This document shows, in pieces, positions 61,316-64,000 of a DNA stretch of 64,000 nt (its first letter is position 1; the number at the start of each line of letters is the position of its first letter). Origin of the DNA: Octopus bimaculoides. Taxonomy: Eukaryota. The translations under genes and the position numbers were made by a program. The notes under the pieces are model-generated. The model saw only the letters and a program-made list of their open reading frames with translations, did not search any database and was not told where the DNA came from. Location: the NCBI RefSeq assembly GCF_001194135.2, contig NC_068998.1, positions 25,601,696 through 25,665,695 of the forward strand, in the 5' to 3' direction.

Positions 61316-62519
61316 AGCGCGTATGTTCCTTATGCATTCCAAAACCGATTTGCCGATTTTGACGTAAAGGTATCAAAAGATTCAGTAAGCTTTTGGCTAC
61401 CAACTAAACTAAACTTTCATTCACATATTGGCATTACAAACATTTAACATTATCCTTTTTCTTTTAGTCACCTATCGTAAACGACATTTCATATCACCAC
61501 CACAATGACGATGACGTCACATTTTCAATATGAGTGTGTTTTCACGTTCGTTATCTACGTTAGGCCGATAACTGACAAGTATATGTGTGTGACGGTGTAT
61601 GTGTCTGTCAGTACACATACAATTTTGTGATGACTGACACACACACACATACACATGCATCGAAAGACAGAGACAAACACCCTCAGGGAGAGAGAGAGGC
61701 TTCAGGTGTGCATTCATGTACGTATGTGTGTGTGTGTCTTAGTCTATGTACGTAACTATCCCACCCCCAGTGAAACGCGCCGCACTTCAAACAAACAACA
61801 ACGTTCACTTTCAAGTACTACAAACATACAGATTTGGCCGAATTAACACCTAATCCTCGCAAATATATCTGACAAAAAAATATTATTGTGGTTATTATAA
61901 CAAATTCGGAAACTTGGCTAAGTAGAGAGCCTCAGCGGCTCTTTCAATATAATTACAGAGATCTTATTTCACTCCTTCTAACCAGTTTTAAGGTAATGCT
62001 CTTTTAAAAGTCCTTGTATTCTTCATCACAGTGAGTATCAACGTCACACAACTATTTTACTGCATTATTCAGTATTTATTCTACAGCATATAATGTTACA
62101 CAGTTCAAAAACATCATCTTCTTTTTTATGCACTTGGTTCAGCGTTCGTTTCAAAATTGTAAAATAAATAATTTTTTAATGAAAAATTGAACTATTCCTT
62201 CTGAATTTTCTTGAACTTTCACTTTCTTCACCGTGACATTCATTCAATCGTAAATTTTATAACATTTAGTACATTTTTCAAATAAATGTTGATTTCCTGT
62301 ACTTTCTTACATTGGTGACGCATACTAACTTTTGCTAAATTGGTGACTTTCATTTTTTATAAAATAACTATGATACAGAAAGTATTGAATACTTTTCATT
62401 TCGCTTGAACTTTGTGTGTGTACGTTTTGCTGTTTTCAATATTATCACGTCTATGAGTGTGTATGTGTGTGTGTTTCTGCGTTCGTTACGTGTATAGTAA
62501 ACCATAATAAAGAACATTT

Positions 62520-62815
62520 TATGCTGTTTTAATGAGCCCATATCTAATAACGTAGCCATTCTTATGGTTGGTAATTCCATTGAAAATCATGATATTCTCA
62601 TTCGTGTTCAAGATAGCAACCTTAAACGTGTTTCACAGATTTATACATCTTATGATGCTCTCCAGTATAATTATATTTTATGGAATGGATAAGATGGGTG
62701 TTATTTCATTATTCGTCGGATTGAACCTGCAACAGAATACCCAATTACAAAGAAAAGGATGTCGTCATATGACTTCTATTCTTAACAACTGATGCTAATA
62801 CCAGAAAATCCAAAT
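62520..62815 (+). mobile_element. Helitron Rep-Hel coding fragment
   Basis: FNEPISNNVAILMVGNSIENHDILIRVQDSNLKRVSQIYTSYDALQY..LWNG*DG..KKRMSSYDFYS*QLM, matching the Helitron FNAP.SNEVA / SYDALQYP / FYSYRLM region. Confidence 0.85.
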
Positions 62816-62827
62816 CATTTCTAATAT

Positions 62828-63030
62828 AGGTACAAGGCCTGAAATTTCGGGGGAGGGGACCAGTCGAAGACATAGAACCCATTGTTTCACTGGTACTTAA
62901 TTTATCGAACTCGAAAAAGATGAAAATCAAAGTTCACCCCGGCAGCATTTGAAATCAGAGCGTAAAGACGGGCGAAATACCGCTCAAGCATTTAGCCCGG
63001 CATGCTAAAGGTTCTGCCAGCGTACCGCCT
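62828..63030 (-). mobile_element. SINE family 1, tail type B
   Basis: tacaaggcctgaaatttcggggg..ggtacttaatttatcga..gaaataccgctcaagcatttagcccggcatgctaaaggttctgccagcgtaccgcc. Confidence 0.88.
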
Positions 63031-64000
63031 TCCAGACAAATTAAATCAGTTACACATGTCAAATAAACTTTATTTTCATTTACATATGTTCTACGTTATC
63101 TCGATAACCAGCTATAGTTATTTCAAATACCCTTCTCTACAACGACCAGGTTTCATTACAAAATGAAAAGAGTTTCACAATTTCAATTTGTACCAAAATT
63201 ACAAAGTGTTGCATTACTGCAGTGACGATGTGGGAATAATGACAGTAAAGTTTCTCCGAATTACTCACATGTGTATTATAATAAAGTTGCATATTATCTA
63301 TCTACCAAATAAGCTTTGTTTTTGACTTAATAACTCTTTTTTACAACAAAAATAACCTCGGCAGCTACGTTGGGTCGCACAATTTTGAAGTCATTTTCGG
63401 ACAATATTTTGATTTGTTTCTAATGTATCACTTTAGTCCGATGTTTCTTCTTTTTAGCATGTCCGATGTGACATTTCCGTCCTCTATTTATTTTTTTCCT
63501 AAATATCTTCCGATTCCTATCTTCGCCACACAGGAGATTAGGATTTCTCACACAAAACATGTTCTCAATATTTTATTTTTCTCCCTCTCCGCACCAAATT
63601 AATTTTTTTACTTTTTTCAAATTTTTATTCTTGGTAATCCATGGAGGAAAAAAAACAGAGAGTGCGAATCTTTAAGAATTTTACCCGTTACTTCACCACT
63701 TTCAAAAATCTACATACTCCCAATGTTCACCTTTAACATTTTGGAACGCAGTGAAGTTTCTTCAGAAATAATGTCGTTTACTTGTTGTTTCTAGCATGTT
63801 GGGTTTTCTGGTGGTGGTCTGGTATTTTTAAGTCTTCTATTTCAGTAGTATTCTACGCATGTGGGAAACATCAGACAAAAGTGAAAGATGGGGAAATTTT
63901 AGCTTTTGACAGCTGGTAGGTGATGGCTGGGCGAGGTCGAGGAAGGGGCATTGAATGGTTCTTTAAGAAAAATTAAACTATAACACACACACACACAAGA

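Overview
AT-rich, microsatellite-dense eukaryotic DNA with many N gaps, mostly flanked by simple repeats. The repeat content (tRNA-head SINEs, Penelope-like, RTE, CR1, R4/Dong-like, Tc1/mariner, pogo, Helitron fragments) looks like an octopus or other coleoid cephalopod genome; this is inference only. No intact long ORF and no confidently identifiable host gene; only a few isolated candidate exons. Nearly all recognisable coding sequence is decayed transposon. The most notable items are: (1) two divergent ~1.7 kb retroelements at 37150-40620 that encode only a gag/ORF1-like CCHC protein with no RT, share an 18-nt pre-start motif, share their 3' tail with a SINE at 50761, and sit nested in a Tc1 element; (2) a dispersed Penelope-linked repeat with a minimal hammerhead-ribozyme fold carrying a non-canonical CUGUUGA core (3 good copies, 1 degenerate); (3) an apparently RT-less Penelope-like element; (4) an RTE LINE ending in three C2H2 fingers; (5) a fold-back mariner. 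All alignments and translations were done by eye, and boundaries are approximate unless TIR/TSD positions are given.
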